Source of the DNA: the human T2T-CHM13v2.0 reference genome, Homo sapiens
Direction: 5' to 3' (one strand)
Length of the DNA: 64,000 bases
Assembly (NCBI RefSeq): GCF_009914755.1
Contig: NC_060928.1
Under the pieces are notes generated by a model. That model searched no databases. It had not been told where the DNA came from and saw only the letters and a list, made by a program, of their open reading frames with translations. The position numbers were made by a program, and so were the translations under genes. Positions 37,330 through 53,764 of the stretch are shown here, in pieces (positions within the stretch are counted from its first letter, which is position 1; every line of letters starts with the position of its first letter).

Positions 37330-38095
37330 CAAGGGACAAAGAAATAAAACAGAGAAAAGGGCAGGAAAAAGTATTTGAAAAAACAATAATAAAAACTACA
37401 TATCCAGGAAGCTCAAAAATAAAAAAGAAAGATAAACTCAGAGATTCTTAAGTAAATGTATCATAGTAACTAAAAAAAGCCAACAACAAAAAGGGATTGT
37501 GAAAGCATCAAGAGAAGACTGGCGCAATAAATACAAGGCAACCTTAATAAGGTTAACAATTGACTTCTCACAGAAACCATGTAGGCAAGAAGGCAGTGGG
37601 ATAATATATTCAAAGTTCTGAAGGAAAAGGCTGTCAACCAAGAATTCTACATCCAGCAAAATTATCCTTTAAACATGAGGAATTAATTAAGATATTCCCT
37701 GACAAATAAAAACTGAGAGAATCAGTTATTAATAAACCTGTCCTCCATGTAATACATGAAGAAATAAAAGACACCATTAAAGGTACCTACATAGATGAAT
37801 ATAAAAGACAGTACAAGTATATTTTTGTTTGTAATGCCTTTCTTCTCCCATGTAATTTAAAAGATGAGTACATAAAGTAATAATTACAAAATTGTGTTGA
37901 TGGGCCTATTATGTATAAGAATATATTTTGTATGAAAATACCAGCACAAAGGAGGAAGAAACAGAGCTATATTGTATCATAATTTTTGTATACTACTGAA
38001 ATTAAGTTGTCAACTTGATATTAATACAAAGTAGATAACTTTCTTTATGCTGTGAATTGTAAACCCCATGCTACCACTAAGAAAATTATTTACAT
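37330..38095 (+). mobile_element. Old L1M(E)-type ORF1/spacer fragment
   Basis: gacttctcacagaaaccatgtaggcaagaaggcagtgggataatatattcaaagttctgaagg...caaccaagaattctacatccagcaaaattatcc. Confidence 0.8.
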
Positions 38096-38306
38096 ATATG
38101 CATATGTAACATATCATATATATTATTTTAATTCAAATATATATATTTGCTGGCTCAAGTTTGCCAGCAGCAGCAAATGCCCTCAGAGCAAATATTTCTC
38201 TATTCCAGTGCAGGGCACTACCTCTAATTCTATGCTTCTACGTTTCCACAAAGTGTTCACTTAGTAGCTCCTCACTGTGTTTTCAAATATTCAATACTTT
38301 AAGTAA

Positions 38307-38456
38307 TTTTTTTATTATACTTTAAGTTCTAGGGTACATGAGCACAATGTGCAGGTTTGTTATCTAGGTATACCTGTGCCATGTTGGTTTGCTGCACCCA
38401 TTAACTCATCATTTACATTAGGTATTTCTCTTAATGCTCTCCCACCCCCAGCCCCC
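38307..38456 (-). mobile_element. 5'-truncated L1PA5/6 3' end (~150 bp)
   Basis: ttattatactttaagttctagggtacatg...gctgcacccattaactc...cccccagcccc. Confidence 0.92.
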
Positions 38457-39382
38457 AACGATTAAAAATATATTATCTATACTTTTTAGCAAAACTGTTG
38501 GTCCAAACAATGTGACCCTCTATTACTAAAAACAGGAGGTTTGTTTTGTTTTTTTGTCAATTTTTTTGTTATCCTCAACATTTATTACTTTACTACTTTT
38601 TTTATTGCAAATGCAAGCTTTTCTTTAAATTTCAAGGCAGCTATTTTCATTATATATTTTAGTATATTTTTATTTTCCATATATTCTATTCTCATTTTTG
38701 TAATAGAAGACCATATTTTACATGTGTTCACTTATCTTTTTCCGTCTTCCATATTTGGTAGTTTTTTTTAAATAATCAATTTCAAATGTTATTCTATTGT
38801 GTTTTATTTTATGCAGTTTTTTCAAACCCATTTGCCATATTCGTGATGGCTTTTTCTATAGAAATTATAATTTCTTGTTGTTTCTTATTTGCCTTTGCTC
38901 TCTATTATGTCTTCATTTATCTCTCCCATATACTTCTTGAGATTTTGCCCGCTTGGTTTTCGTCTCTGACTTTTGTTTCATAATTTCTTATTTAAACATG
39001 CATGTCTTTTGTTTAAAACTTTGTTTCTTTGTTTTAATAGATATACAGTCTGTTATCCTTTTGTGTCTAAGGCTAACTAGTTGTCTGAAGCAACTATCTA
39101 GTGTTTTCTTATATAATTCTGTTAGTCTTTGAAAATTGTTTCATTAAATTATGTTTTTTTAAGGAAATAAATTCAGAGGACAGATCTAAGGGTATTGGCT
39201 GGAAAAGTTTTGGAGGAGGCTTAAGACTTCCTATAAGTCCACACTTCCCATATGAACTACCAATGGGCCTATGGGACCAAGATTTGACATTCAGAGTTGA
39301 TATGCTTAATTTATAAAATAAGGAAGAGCATTTTTCTATTTTTCACATAATTCCACAGTGCTTGCTGTCTCCCTTGCTGTAA

Positions 39383-39695
<313 letters not shown>

Positions 39696-40009
39696 AAATG
39701 TTATCTCTTTAGTATCCTAATGGATGTAAGACTAAGCATTTACAGATCATGTTATAATGTAAAAAGTCATTTTAACAAAGTGTCTAATACATGCCTGTTG
39801 GAAAGTATAATATTTTTATTGTTATTGTTACTGTAATAAGCAATCAAATGATTGAAACGAGGTGTTTCTTTATTGTAGCCTACAGTGGTTTTCTTCTGCT
39901 CTAACGGGAAATGACACTTGAATTACTTTCACTTTATTTTGATCAAGAGTTTGTTCAAATTACCTTTGACTCCTCCAGCAATGTAGATATTTGAGTGACT
40001 TCGCTGTTG

Positions 40010-40625
40010 TCTTTGAAGAGAAGGAACAGCATGCCTAGGCTGTAAGGTGGGAACACAATCAGTGTTAAATCTCAGGGAGACAGTTTGAATGAAGCAGGGG
40101 GTGGTGGGGAAGTTGAGGTCAGATGGGTTTGAGGATAGGGTTACACAGGGTCTTGTAACAGTTTTGTTGTTCACTCTGAATAAAATGAGAAGCTACTTGA
40201 GAAATTTTAGCAGGAGAGTGACATAATCTGACCTATGTTTCAAAAGAATCGCTCCAGCTGGTGTTCCAAAAGTAGACTGTAGGAGAAGGGTAGAAGTGAG
40301 GAGACTGATCAGAAGGCTCTAGAAATGATCCAGATGAGAGATGATGGCTGCTCATATAGTAGCATTTGCAGTAGGGGACATGAGGAGTGGTCAGATTCCA
40401 GAGATATGCAGCTGTAACCAAGAGAATTTTCTTATGTATTAGATGTGTGCTGTGAAAGGAAGGCACTAAAAAGAGATCATGCTAAGTTTCTAGGCCTGAG
40501 AAACTGGAAGGATTCTATTGTTATTTAACTGAGATAAGAGAGACAATGGGTGGAACACGTGTTTGGGGATAGGAAATCAGGAGTATAGATTTGGACATGT
40601 TAAGTTGAAGGTGCCTCACAGATAT
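40010..40625 (-). mobile_element. L2a-like fragment
   Basis: gcaggagagtgacataatctgac, ccagatgagagatgatgg, ggcctgagaaactggaagg, tttggacatgttaagttga. Confidence 0.8.
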
Positions 40626-40656
40626 ATGTGAGCTGAACTGGAACATGGGACTCTAA

Positions 40657-41116
40657 TATATTGGGATGAATAGTGTCCCCCCAAAATGTATGTCTACCCA
40701 GAACCTTTGAATGTGACCTTATTTGGAAACAGGTTCTTTGTAGATGTGAACAAGTTAAGGCGAGGTCATGATGGATTAGAATGAGCCCTAAATGCAGTAA
40801 GAATAGCGTTCTTATAGGAAGAGGGAAATTTGAACACAGACATGCAGACTCTCAGTGAGGAAGGCCATGTGAAAACAGAAACAGAGACTGAAATAACGCA
40901 TCTACAAACCAAGGAATGCCAGTGTTTGCTGGCAACCAAGTGAAGGTTAGAAGTGGCAAGGAAAAGTCCCCTTCTAGACTCTTCAGAGAAAGCTTGTTCT
41001 TTCTGAGACCTTGATTTCAGATTTCTAGCCTCTAGACTCATGAGAGAATAAATTTCTGTTGTTATAAGCCACCCAGTTCATCGTAGTTTGTTATGAAGCC
41101 TAAAAATTTACCATAC
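40657..41116 (+). mobile_element. MLT1C-like solo LTR
   Basis: gaatagtgtccccccaaaat...gaatgtgaccttatttggaaa...aataaatttctgttgttataagccaccc. Confidence 0.9.
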
Positions 41117-42854
41117 TTAGTGAAACTTTACTGGCCCTCAGTAGTACAGAACCATCATTTCCTCTATTTGAGATTTCCTCTTCTCCTGCTCTTCTTGCAG
41201 TGATGAATGATATTCACCCTAGGGGGCAGGTGGTGCCTCACATAGCTGACTCCCATTGGGCTAAATGTCTAAATTTCCTAATTGGATTTTAAAAGTCAGG
41301 GGCACTGATTTTCCTTGTGGCCCTCATGGCTAGTTTGTTCTCCACCTTGTATTTATGCAGATTATTTTCTCAACATGAAATCTGTTTGAAATTTAATTTC
41401 CTCACTTCTATGAGAGAGAGGTACTAAGAAATACGATGCCCCTCTATAATGGACTTTTATATAGAATTAGTATAAAAACTTGGAGAAAACATAAGAGTTT
41501 GCCTTGTGTTATAGATACTGATTCTAAAGAAAATTTTTAGATTAAGAAGATCAGTAAATATTTTTAAATAGCATTTTGTCATGTTTAGGTACCTTTCGTC
41601 TTGGTACCTTGAATAATGATATGTAATATCCAAAATATTCACTCATTAAGGAATCCAATATTGCTCTTTTGGAAATTAAAACTGCCTTATTCACATTCTA
41701 TGTGTACAAGAAAGGTTTAAGTTCTAAAACTGTAAGTTGTAGTATCTTATCTGAAAGGCCTTTAGTGTCCTCTGTTTTAAAATTCTGCATCTGAATTTGC
41801 TTATGGCTGGTAAAAAATAATGTGTTTGTCTTTTGTCATGTGTCCTCATCAGTTTGAGTTATATGCAGTTGCAGAAAGAATGAAGCTAGGGAAAGACCCT
41901 TAGAAACTGCAGAATTTTTTCAAGGGTCAGAAAGACAATAGGTTTTTTGGAAAGTAATGGGGGATTATCACATGATGAGGATAAGTTGATGGGGTTGAGC
42001 TGAAAGCTAAGCATCTGGCTTATGAAAATTTTTGCTGTCGCTGCTGGAGCTAGTCAGCATTATATAGTTCCTTGATCACTGGGGACTTTACGATCTGTCT
42101 TAAGCTATTTGTGCACTAACAATAACTCTAACTGTTCATTCCATGATTTCTACTATTTGTGGAAAAAAAGAGTAAATGATGTCTAAAAAATTTGAACATA
42201 AAGAGATGTTAAAATAAGGAGATTGGATGTAAAAAAAAATGCCAAAGAACACCAGGAGATGCAATAAATCCAAATGGTGTTCAAAACAAGAGGGAAAAAA
42301 ATAGTTAATGCAAAACTGAACTGAAAGATGCAAATAGGTAAGTAAATTTCTCATTCAGGATCCATTTGGAGGCTGTGTTTGTTGGCAGAGTTACTGCTTA
42401 TTATTTTTATGTTTCTAGTTTCCCATCTCCTTTTGTCAGTCTATTGAAAGCTTGTTAAAATCTTATTTGCTTTTGCTGTACCTTTGTCATTGTTTTTGCC
42501 TTAACTTTAATGCTAAATCATGTAGAAGTAAGGTAAAAGGGAGAACAGAGTTAACACAAATAGTCATTGTAGCAGCCTAGTTTTATGGATACTTTATATA
42601 TTGATCAGCTTATGTTTTATTCAGACTAGATGGAAGAACAATTGGGAAATAAGAAGGAATCTCTCTCCTAAATAGTAAATTGCAATGCTGATGCAAAATG
42701 TGTAAGGGTTTCCAGGAGAGACTGGTTAGCATCTGAAAGGTGCACTGACATGCAAAAGAAATAACCTGTCTGTCCATGGGAACACTCCAAGAAAAATAAG
42801 AGTTGCTACATTAAATTCTTTCTGTTTCCTTTGAAAAAGACAGAAATGTACTTC

Positions 42855-42907
<53 letters not shown>

Positions 42908-43045
42908 TATGTGTATGGGAATGTATACATATGCATGTATGCATGTATAAATATATGTGTATGTATATGTATGCATTTATAAATGCATGTATATAATATG
43001 TGTATGCAAATACACACATACACACACACACACACACACACGCAT
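42855..43045. repeat. Compound microsatellite (TA)n(GA)n(TRTG/TA)n(CA)n
   Basis: Read directly from the sequence. Confidence 0.95.
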
Positions 43046-43159
43046 GCTTGTTTTGCACAATGCTTGGCACGTAGTAGACCTCTAATAAATAGGTGGTCAA
43101 TGTGAAGGAATATATAAATAAATAAATATGGCACCAAGTATGTCAACCAAGCCAATTAA

Positions 43160-43440
43160 AAGTTATACAAACTTTCTAATGGTCAGAATAGTTGGATTGT
43201 CCAGATTCAAACCAAGGACCATATGAATGCTGATCCTGTGCTCTTAGACACGCCCAACATGGTTCAGAAAGTACTAGCTGTGTGGTGTTTGGCAAACAGC
43301 CTAACCTCTGTGAGCCTCCGTTTCTCATACTGAAGTAGAGTATCTCAAGGCATAGTTTTGAAAACAAGGGGTGATGATACGTGTAAAGGGCTTAGTATTG
43401 TGCCTAGCACATAATTAACATCGCTGGTAATGATGATGAT
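43160..43440. mobile_element. Two adjacent MIR fragments (minus 43160-43255, plus 43272-43440)
   Basis: gattcaaaccaagg...tgtgctcttag, then tactagctgtgtg...aacctctgtgagcctccgtttctcat...gtgcctagcacata. Confidence 0.7.
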
Positions 43441-45114
43441 ATATGTAAAGGTAGAGTTGTCCTCACTGCTTTCTTTTCTATTCTCAACCCCTCCCACTCC
43501 CCTAACATTTGCTCTTTCTTGATTTCCAACACCTTCTAGAGATTTTCAAAACTTATATCCACCCTCAGCTGCCTTTCACAGTGCTGCCACCTGCATCATG
43601 GAGAACTATGATCCACCTAGTATTTGTTCATTCACCTCTGATAACTATTACACTCAGGCCTAATTTAAACCTCATTAAACTCCATACTGAACTAGGTACT
43701 ATAGAGATGATAATGAAGCATTCCTGGCCATTTTAATCACACATATGCAATTCCAACAGAATAACAGTGTTTTGCTTATGGTGAGCCTGTATAAAATATT
43801 TATTTTTATTTAAGAGCCCTACTTTACTTTCTTCAGCTACCTATGCCTTTTGGCAGAAGAACAAGATAGATACACATGACTGTGTTTCTTTTTTTTAATT
43901 TCCCCTCCAAATCTAAGTATAGATTTCAGCAGACTAAATCAAGAGACCTATTGACCCTGGTTCTTATGTTAAAAATTATAGGGATCTCAGCCACATTTCA
44001 TGAGAACATTAAGGCAGTTTCACCATGATTTACCAGTGAGGTTAATTATTTTTTTTTCAGAAACATATGGTGATGCCTCTTTCTAGAAGATGCTATGGTG
44101 AACATTACTCTGTATTGGAATCCTAAATTAACTTCTGACCAATATTCTAAAAGAAATGAGAAGGAATTAATCTCTTAAAAATTAAGATTACCTCTCTCTC
44201 TTCTGTCCATGCACCCCCCCACCCCGGCCAACCCCATTCAGCATTCCTAACTGAAGGCTGCTATATTGGTGCTAAATATAAAGTCTCTTACCAGTGTGTG
44301 CTCTGCATATCTGAAAATCATGCAGTGGTGAACCTCTTGAGTGTATTTCTTTCTTTCTTTATTAATGAAAAGGTTTTTATTTGTGCCCTCTGTTATTCTC
44401 AGAAGTACAACACAAAACAAAATGGGAAACCATGATTTATCTTCTATTTGATAAAAACATCTGCAGAATAAAATGAGCCTCTTGTTGCCGGAATTGTCAT
44501 CAATGATGACTTTGACAAAATGAGCAATACATAATTTGCTAGCTCCCTTGTGAAGCTGAAACAGATTGTCAAATAAAACACTGGAGGAGATGCATATGGG
44601 CTGAGTAGACTGGCTTTGAATAGGAACATGCGCAGGTGGAGGCTTAGTAGTGGCTGTAAGAAGGAGGACAGCCCTAATTTGGAGGGTCATTTGCATTTGA
44701 AAATGCTCCTTACTAAATTGTGAGTATTCCCTACAGGAAAAGAGAATGCATTCTGCCAAAACTGCAGCTATTTTTGTTTCTTGGTAACTTGAATAAACCA
44801 GAAAACCCAAGGCAAAGTGGAGGGGGTTGCACTCAAACCAACCATTTTTTAATGGTGGGCTTATAGAATACAAATCAGTAATATATGAAAAGGACACTTA
44901 TGAAAATCAATTGCTTTATGGTTAAAAATGGATTTTTCATCAACACGAAGCATGGAAAGTGTACTAATGGGTATATTCAGCATGCGTTTTTACAAATGAC
45001 AATCAAATGCTTTTATTAGTCTTCATATCTGAAAAGTATGGCAAAAATCACATAATTAATTCTAAACTCATTTGGTTTTTTGTTGTTGAATGGCCTAGAG
45101 GACTTTGCTTGTTT

Positions 45115-46505
<1,391 letters not shown>

Positions 46506-47517
46506 GGACATGATTTTCACCAGTCAGTACTGATTGCCCAGACAGACAAACAAAGCTTTTATATCCTAATAGCTGCGGAATCCTTTTACCTGTGGAATCT
46601 TGCCTTTGTGGAAATTTCTGTTAATTTCAGTTCTTTAATCATGAGAAAGAAGCAATGAATGTTTTCCCAAAATAGTTGCTCTTTTTACTCAAAATATTGT
46701 TCCGTCTTAGTGTATATATATTTTAAATAGACTTTTTATCTTAGAATAGATTTAAATTTACAGAAAAGATTTGAGGATAGTAGAGAGGATACCCATATAG
46801 CCCACGACTGGTGTCTTCTATTAACACCTTATATTAGTATGATGCATTTGATCGAATTAACGAATCAATAAAGATAAGTTTTTATTAACTGAAATACACC
46901 GTTTATTCAGATTTCTTAGTTTTTCTCTAAATATGCCCTCTCTGTTTTAGAATCCCAACCAGGATACTGAATTACATTTAGTCATCATGTTTTTTAGGCT
47001 CCTGTTGGCCGTAACAGTTTCTCAGGCTTTCCTTGTTTTTAGTGATCTTCACAGTTTTGGGGAGTACTGGTCAGGTGTTTTGTAAAAGGTCCATCAGTTG
47101 GGATTTGTCTGATGTTTTTCTCATAGTCAGATTGGGTTTATGAATTTTTAGGAGGAAGACAACAAACACGAAGTGTCATTCTTCTCAAATGCATAAGCAG
47201 TATATGCTGTCAATGTGACTTACATTAAGGTTACTTTTGGTCTCCTGTGTAAGGTAATGTTTTTCAGGTTCCTCTACTGTAAAATTACTTTTTTCTCTCT
47301 TTCCATACACTAGTCTTTAGAAACACGTCACTACGTAAGGCCCACACGCAAGGAGTGGGGGATTGAACTCCACCTACTTGAAAAAGGAGTATCTACATTA
47401 TTTGAAGTTCTTGCCTATGAGAGATTTGTCTCTTCTATGTCTTTTATTTAATTATTTATTTATGCCACTATGTAATTATGAATATTTTTATATGTGGGGT
47501 TATAATTCAATGCCACT

Positions 47518-47925
47518 TGTACTAGTAAGGTTTCTCCAGAGAAACAGAATAAAAAGGGTGCATGTGTCTGTGTGTGGTATATATATATAAGTGTGTGTGT
47601 GTGTGTGTGTGTGTGTAGTAAGTTACAAAGAGAGACGTTTTAAGGAAGTGGCTCACATGACTGTGGAGGCCAGCAAATCCAAAATCTGAAACATAGGCCA
47701 GCAGCCTAGAGATTCAATGGAGAGTTGATGTTGCAGTTCCAGTCTAAAGGCAGTCTGCTGGCAGAATTCCCCTTTTCTTGAGAAAGACAAGTCTTTTTTT
47801 TAAATTAAGGCCTTGAACTGCTTGGATGAGCCCCACTCACATATGGAAGATAATATGTTTTACTCAAGTCTAAGGATTTAAATGTTAATCTCATCTAAAA
47901 AATACCTTTACAGAAACACTTAGAA
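47518..47925 (-). mobile_element. MLT2 (ERVL) LTR with internal (TG)n
   Basis: gtttctccagagaaacagaa...ttttaaggaagtggctcacatga...atttaaatgttaatctcatctaaaaaatacc. Confidence 0.88.
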
Positions 47926-48165
47926 TTGTTCCAGACTTGTCTACTGGTAGTTCTTTAAGTGGTCTATCATGACCCTTTGACATAAACCCATCATTGTGGT
48001 TTTTTGTTGTTGTTGTTCTTCTTCTTTTTGTTTTTTGAGAAATTCCTTAATTTCTGACACACAATAAGCAACTCAGTCTTATACCGTATACTTCCTGCTA
48101 GAGTCATAAGTTAGCTATTTCTCCAAGCATCCTGTATTGAAGAATTGTATTAGAAACTAAGGCTT

Positions 48166-48339
<174 letters not shown>

Positions 48340-49123
48340 CTAAGGCCTGCATGCTAAGCATTCTTCGGCTACTGGGAAGTTGTTGCTTCTGGGCCCTCTC
48401 AGCTGATAGATCAAGGAAATATATGTATCAACGATCTCATGTAACTATGCGTATTATATTACATATATATACACACATGTATATGTATACACATATACAT
48501 GTATTTCTATAGGTACCTTTATTAAGCTAAACATGAGTTTATACTGGTGTTTCCAACTCTAGCCCATTAACACAGATGATTCTAGACTTCCGTTCTTGCT
48601 TCTCTCTTATTATAATCCACTATTCATTTACCTAATTGTGCAGTTCTAGAACACGTATATAGCAGTATTGTAATTGTTAACACATATCCCAAATGAAATA
48701 GCTTTATCAACCAGAGGACAGTGTTTATGTTCAGTTACTTTTGCCTTATGTACTATAGACTCTAATTATTTCCAAAGTTATTTTATAGTAAGTGGCTTCC
48801 CCTTCACCTCCCCCTCACTCCCTTTAGTGAGTTTATTTTGTACATTTGTAATACAGTTAGATCATTTGTCATAATATGTATTCCCTCCTCAGACCCTTGA
48901 CCTGATCAATGAGTTTATTTTAATTTGCATACATTAAGGTTTGCTTTTTGTATTGTAACATTATATGGGTTTTGACAAATACATAATGTCATATATCCAC
49001 CATTATAGTATCACACAGAATAGTTTCAGTGCTCCCCACAAATCCCTCTGTTTTACCTGTTCAGTCCTTTCACTCAGCAAACCCCTGGTGACTACTGACA
49101 GAATCATATAAAAGGAATTTTAA

Positions 49124-49428
<305 letters not shown>

Positions 49429-50194
49429 TGTGGTTTTACCGTATATAGCCTTCACAGTCTCCCTTTACTGATGTAAGTGTCCATTTTCACTTCTCTCATT
49501 CAAATATGCCCTTAAGATTAATCTATGTCTTCTAAACTCAATACTAAGTTTTTTTTAAAAATGCTGAATAGTATTTCATTGCATGGATACACTACAGTTG
49601 TTTATCTATTTACCTATTAAAAGACATCTTTGTTGCTGTAAGTTTTTGGCGATTATAAATAAAGATGCCACAAACACTCATGTGCAGATATTTTTGTGGA
49701 AATAAGTTTTCAAGTCAGTTAAGTAAATACCTAGAAGTGCAATTACTAGATTGTATAGTAAGATTATAGTTAATTTTGTAAGAAGTATCCTGTTTTGCAA
49801 TTTGGCTGTGCCATTTTGCATTCTCACCAGCAATGAATCCTGCTGTTTGATTTCCTCTTCAACACTTGCTATTATCTGATTTGTTTTGGAATATTAGTCA
49901 TACTAATATGTGTGTAGTGGAATCTTGTTTTATTGCATTTTCCTAATGATGAATGATTTTCAGCATACTTCCATATGCTTCCTTGTAATTTGCTTCTCTT
50001 CTTTGGTGAGATATCCATTGATAAATTTTGCTCATTTTTTAAAATGAGTTTTTGTTTCCTTATTGTTGAGTTTTAAGAGTTCTTTATATTTTTGGATACA
50101 AATATTTTTAAAGTCATTTTTTGCAAATGGTTTATCTCAGTGCATGTTTTCCTTCTTTTAACGGTGACTTCCATAGATGAAAAGATTTTAACTT

Positions 50195-50519
<325 letters not shown>

Positions 50520-51249
50520 TAACTCTATTAAAGTCTAACTTATTTTTTCCTTCATGAATCAAGTTTTTGGCATTGTATCTAAAAACCCATCAACACACTG
50601 AAAGTCATACAGAATTTTTCTCATATTTTATTTTGGAAGTTTTTATAGTTTTGCATTTTACTTTTAGGTCTATGATTGCTTTTGAGTTAATATTTGAGTA
50701 AGGAAAGAGGTCTGTGTCTCAGATTTTTTTGGGGGGTATGAACATCCTATTGTTTCACATCATTGGATACAAACGTTGTCCTTTCTTTAGTTGCCTCTGC
50801 CCTTTTTAAAAGTCAGTTGATATTATCTGTGTTAGTCTACTTCTGGACTCTTCGTTCTAGTTCAGTGAATATCTGTCTATTTTTTCATTAATCCTATGCT
50901 ATCTTGATTAGTGTTTCTTTCTAGTAAGGCTTCAAGTTCAGTAGTCTGAGTCTTCCAACTTTGTTCTTCTTCAGTATTTTGTTGGCTATTTTTAAATTTT
51001 TGCCTTTTTGTGTAAACTTTAGAGTCAGCTTTGTTTATATCTACACTAGAGCTTGCTGAGATTTTTATTGAGTTTGTGTTGAATGTATAAAGTTGAGAAG
51101 ATTTATCTTCTCAACAATGTTGAGATTTCCAATATATGAATATAGATTATCTCTTTATTTCTTTGTATCTTTGATTTATTTTACTTGTTATTTATACTTA
51201 GATTTTATACAAAATTTGTTAGAATTATTATTAAATATTTCAATTTTTG

Positions 51250-51255
<6 letters not shown>

Positions 51256-51280
<25 letters not shown>

Positions 51281-51441
51281 GTTTTGTTTTGTTCTGGGGG
51301 GATGAAGTCTTGCTCTGTCACCCAGGCTGGAGTGCAGTGGTGTGATCTCAGCTCAGATCACTTGATCTGACCTCAAGTGGTCTGCCCACCTCAGCCTCTC
51401 CACAGTGCTGGGATTACAGGCGTGAGCCCTCATGCCTGGCC
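51256..51441 (-). mobile_element. Internally deleted Alu with (TAT)n tail
   Basis: Both Alu ends present, middle missing. TSD aatttttggtatta (51242-51255 / 51443-51456). Confidence 0.9.
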
Positions 51442-53764
51442 TAATTTTTGGTATTACTTCAAATGGTATTTTGCTGTTAACTTCTAAATCCCTGTGTTTA
51501 TTTCTATAACATAGAGAAGCAATTGATGTTTGCCTGTTGACATTATATCCTACAACCATGTTATACTAGCTTATTACTTTCAGGAGCTGTTTTTATTTAT
51601 TTACTGATTTTTAAAAACAGATTCCTTATGGTTTTCTACATAGACAATCATGTCATCTGCAAATGAAGATGTTTACTTCTTCCTTTCTCACTTGTATATT
51701 TTCATTTCTTTTTCTTTTATTACACTAGTTATGCTTCCAGTGTGATGATGACTAGGAGTGCTGACTGAAAACATCCTTATCATGTTCCCCACCTTAGGGG
51801 AAAAATCTCTAATCTCTCACCATTAAGTATGATGCTTACTGAAGGTTTTTTCTAAATGTTCTTTATTGGGTTGAGGAAGTTTGCTGAGAGTTTTCTTCAT
51901 GAACACATGATAGATTTTGTGAAATGCCTTTTATGTATCAATTGATGTGATCATATTATTTGTCTTTATACATTTCATAAAATGGAGAATTTCATTAGTT
52001 GATTCTTAAATGTTAAACTAGTTTTGCATCCCCAGAGTAAATAACATTTGTCATAATGTATAATTCTTTTTATAAATTGTTGAATTCAATTTGTTAGTAT
52101 TTTGTTGAAGATTTTTATATCTATGTTCATGAAAGATATTAGTCTGTAATTTTTTTTTCTATAATGTCTTTAGTTGGTTTTGGTATTACAGAAGGCTAGC
52201 TTCATAGACTGAGTTTGGAAGTGTTCACTTTGCTTCTATTTTCTGGAAGAGTTTGTGGAGTATTAGTATCATTCCTTTCTTAAATGTTTGGCATAATTCA
52301 CTGGTAAAACCATCTTGTCCGAGTGCTTTTTTTTTGAAACATTAATTATTGACTCAAGTTATTTAGTAGATATGGTGTCATTCAAATCATCTGATTCCCC
52401 TTGTTTGAGCTGTAGTTTGTGTCTTTCAAGGAGTTGGTCTATTGTATCTGAATTATCAAGTTTGTTAGATTTGTTCATAGTATTCTTAGATTATCTTTTT
52501 AATGTCTGTGATTAGTAGTGATGGTCCTTCTTTCATATATAATATTTTAAATTCATGCCTTGTTTATTTTTTGTTCTAGTTAATATAGTTAGAGGTTTAT
52601 CAATTTTATTGATCTTTTCTAAGAAACAGCTTTTGGTTTTGTTGATTTTCTTTACCATTTTTCTGTTTTTAAAATTATCTCCACCATAGTTTGTATTATT
52701 TTGTTCTTGTTTGGAGCTTCATTTGTTCCTTTTCTTTAATGTCCTAAGGAGGGAGCTTAGATTATGGACTTTAGATTTTTGGTTTTATTTCTAATATATG
52801 CACTTGATGCTATAAATTTCACTGTATATAATACTTTTGACTCATGCCACAAATTTTGTTGTTATATTTTTATTTTTGCTCAATTCAAATTACATTTTAA
52901 AATTTCTCTTGAGACTTCTTAAATCTATGCGTTATTTAGAAGATTTTTAAATGCAGATCTAGCTATCTTCCTCTTATTAGTTTATAGCTTAATGCCCTTG
53001 TGGCCTAAAAGCAGACATTGTATGATTTTTGTTCTTTTAAATTTGCTTTTTGTGGCCCAGAGTATGGTTGATCTTGGTGAATGTTTCATGTTCGTTGGAC
53101 AAGAATAAATATTCTATTGTTTTTGGTTGGAGTATTCTATAAATGTTTATTAGATCACGTTGATTGATGGTGCTGTTCAGGTAGTGTATATCCTTTCTGA
53201 TTTTCTGCCTGTTTAATCTATCAATTACTGGCAGAGAGATGCTGAAATCTCTGACTATAATGATAGATTTATCTATTTCACTTAATTCTGTCAGTTTTTG
53301 CTTCATGTATTTTCAGTTATTGGGTATATATATTTTTGGAATTGTTATGTGTTCTTGGATAATTGACTTTTTATCATTATGTAATACTCTTATTTATCCA
53401 TTTTAATTTTGCTTATTCTGAAGTCTGCTTCTTCTGCAATCAATATAGCTATTCCAGATTTTTTTTTGGTTAGTAAATATGATGTATATTTTCCTAGTTC
53501 TTTACTTTTTACCTGTGTCTTTATATTGATACTGTGGTTCTTGTAAACTATATATATATATATTTTTTAAATTCACTGTGATAATCTCTTATTTTCATTG
53601 ATATAGTTAGACTGTTCATATTTAAAGTCATTATTGTTATAGTTGTATGAATATATGCCATGTTTGTAACTTTTTTATTCATCGAATTTCTTCATTTTTC
53701 CTCTTTTTCTCTCTTCTCTGGTTATAATTGAACATTTATGTAATTCAATTATATCTTTACACAT

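Noticed and set aside
38540-39180. Hydrophobic membrane-like ORFs
   Set aside because: T-rich low-complexity DNA, possibly very old antisense L1/HAL1; composition explains the peptides.
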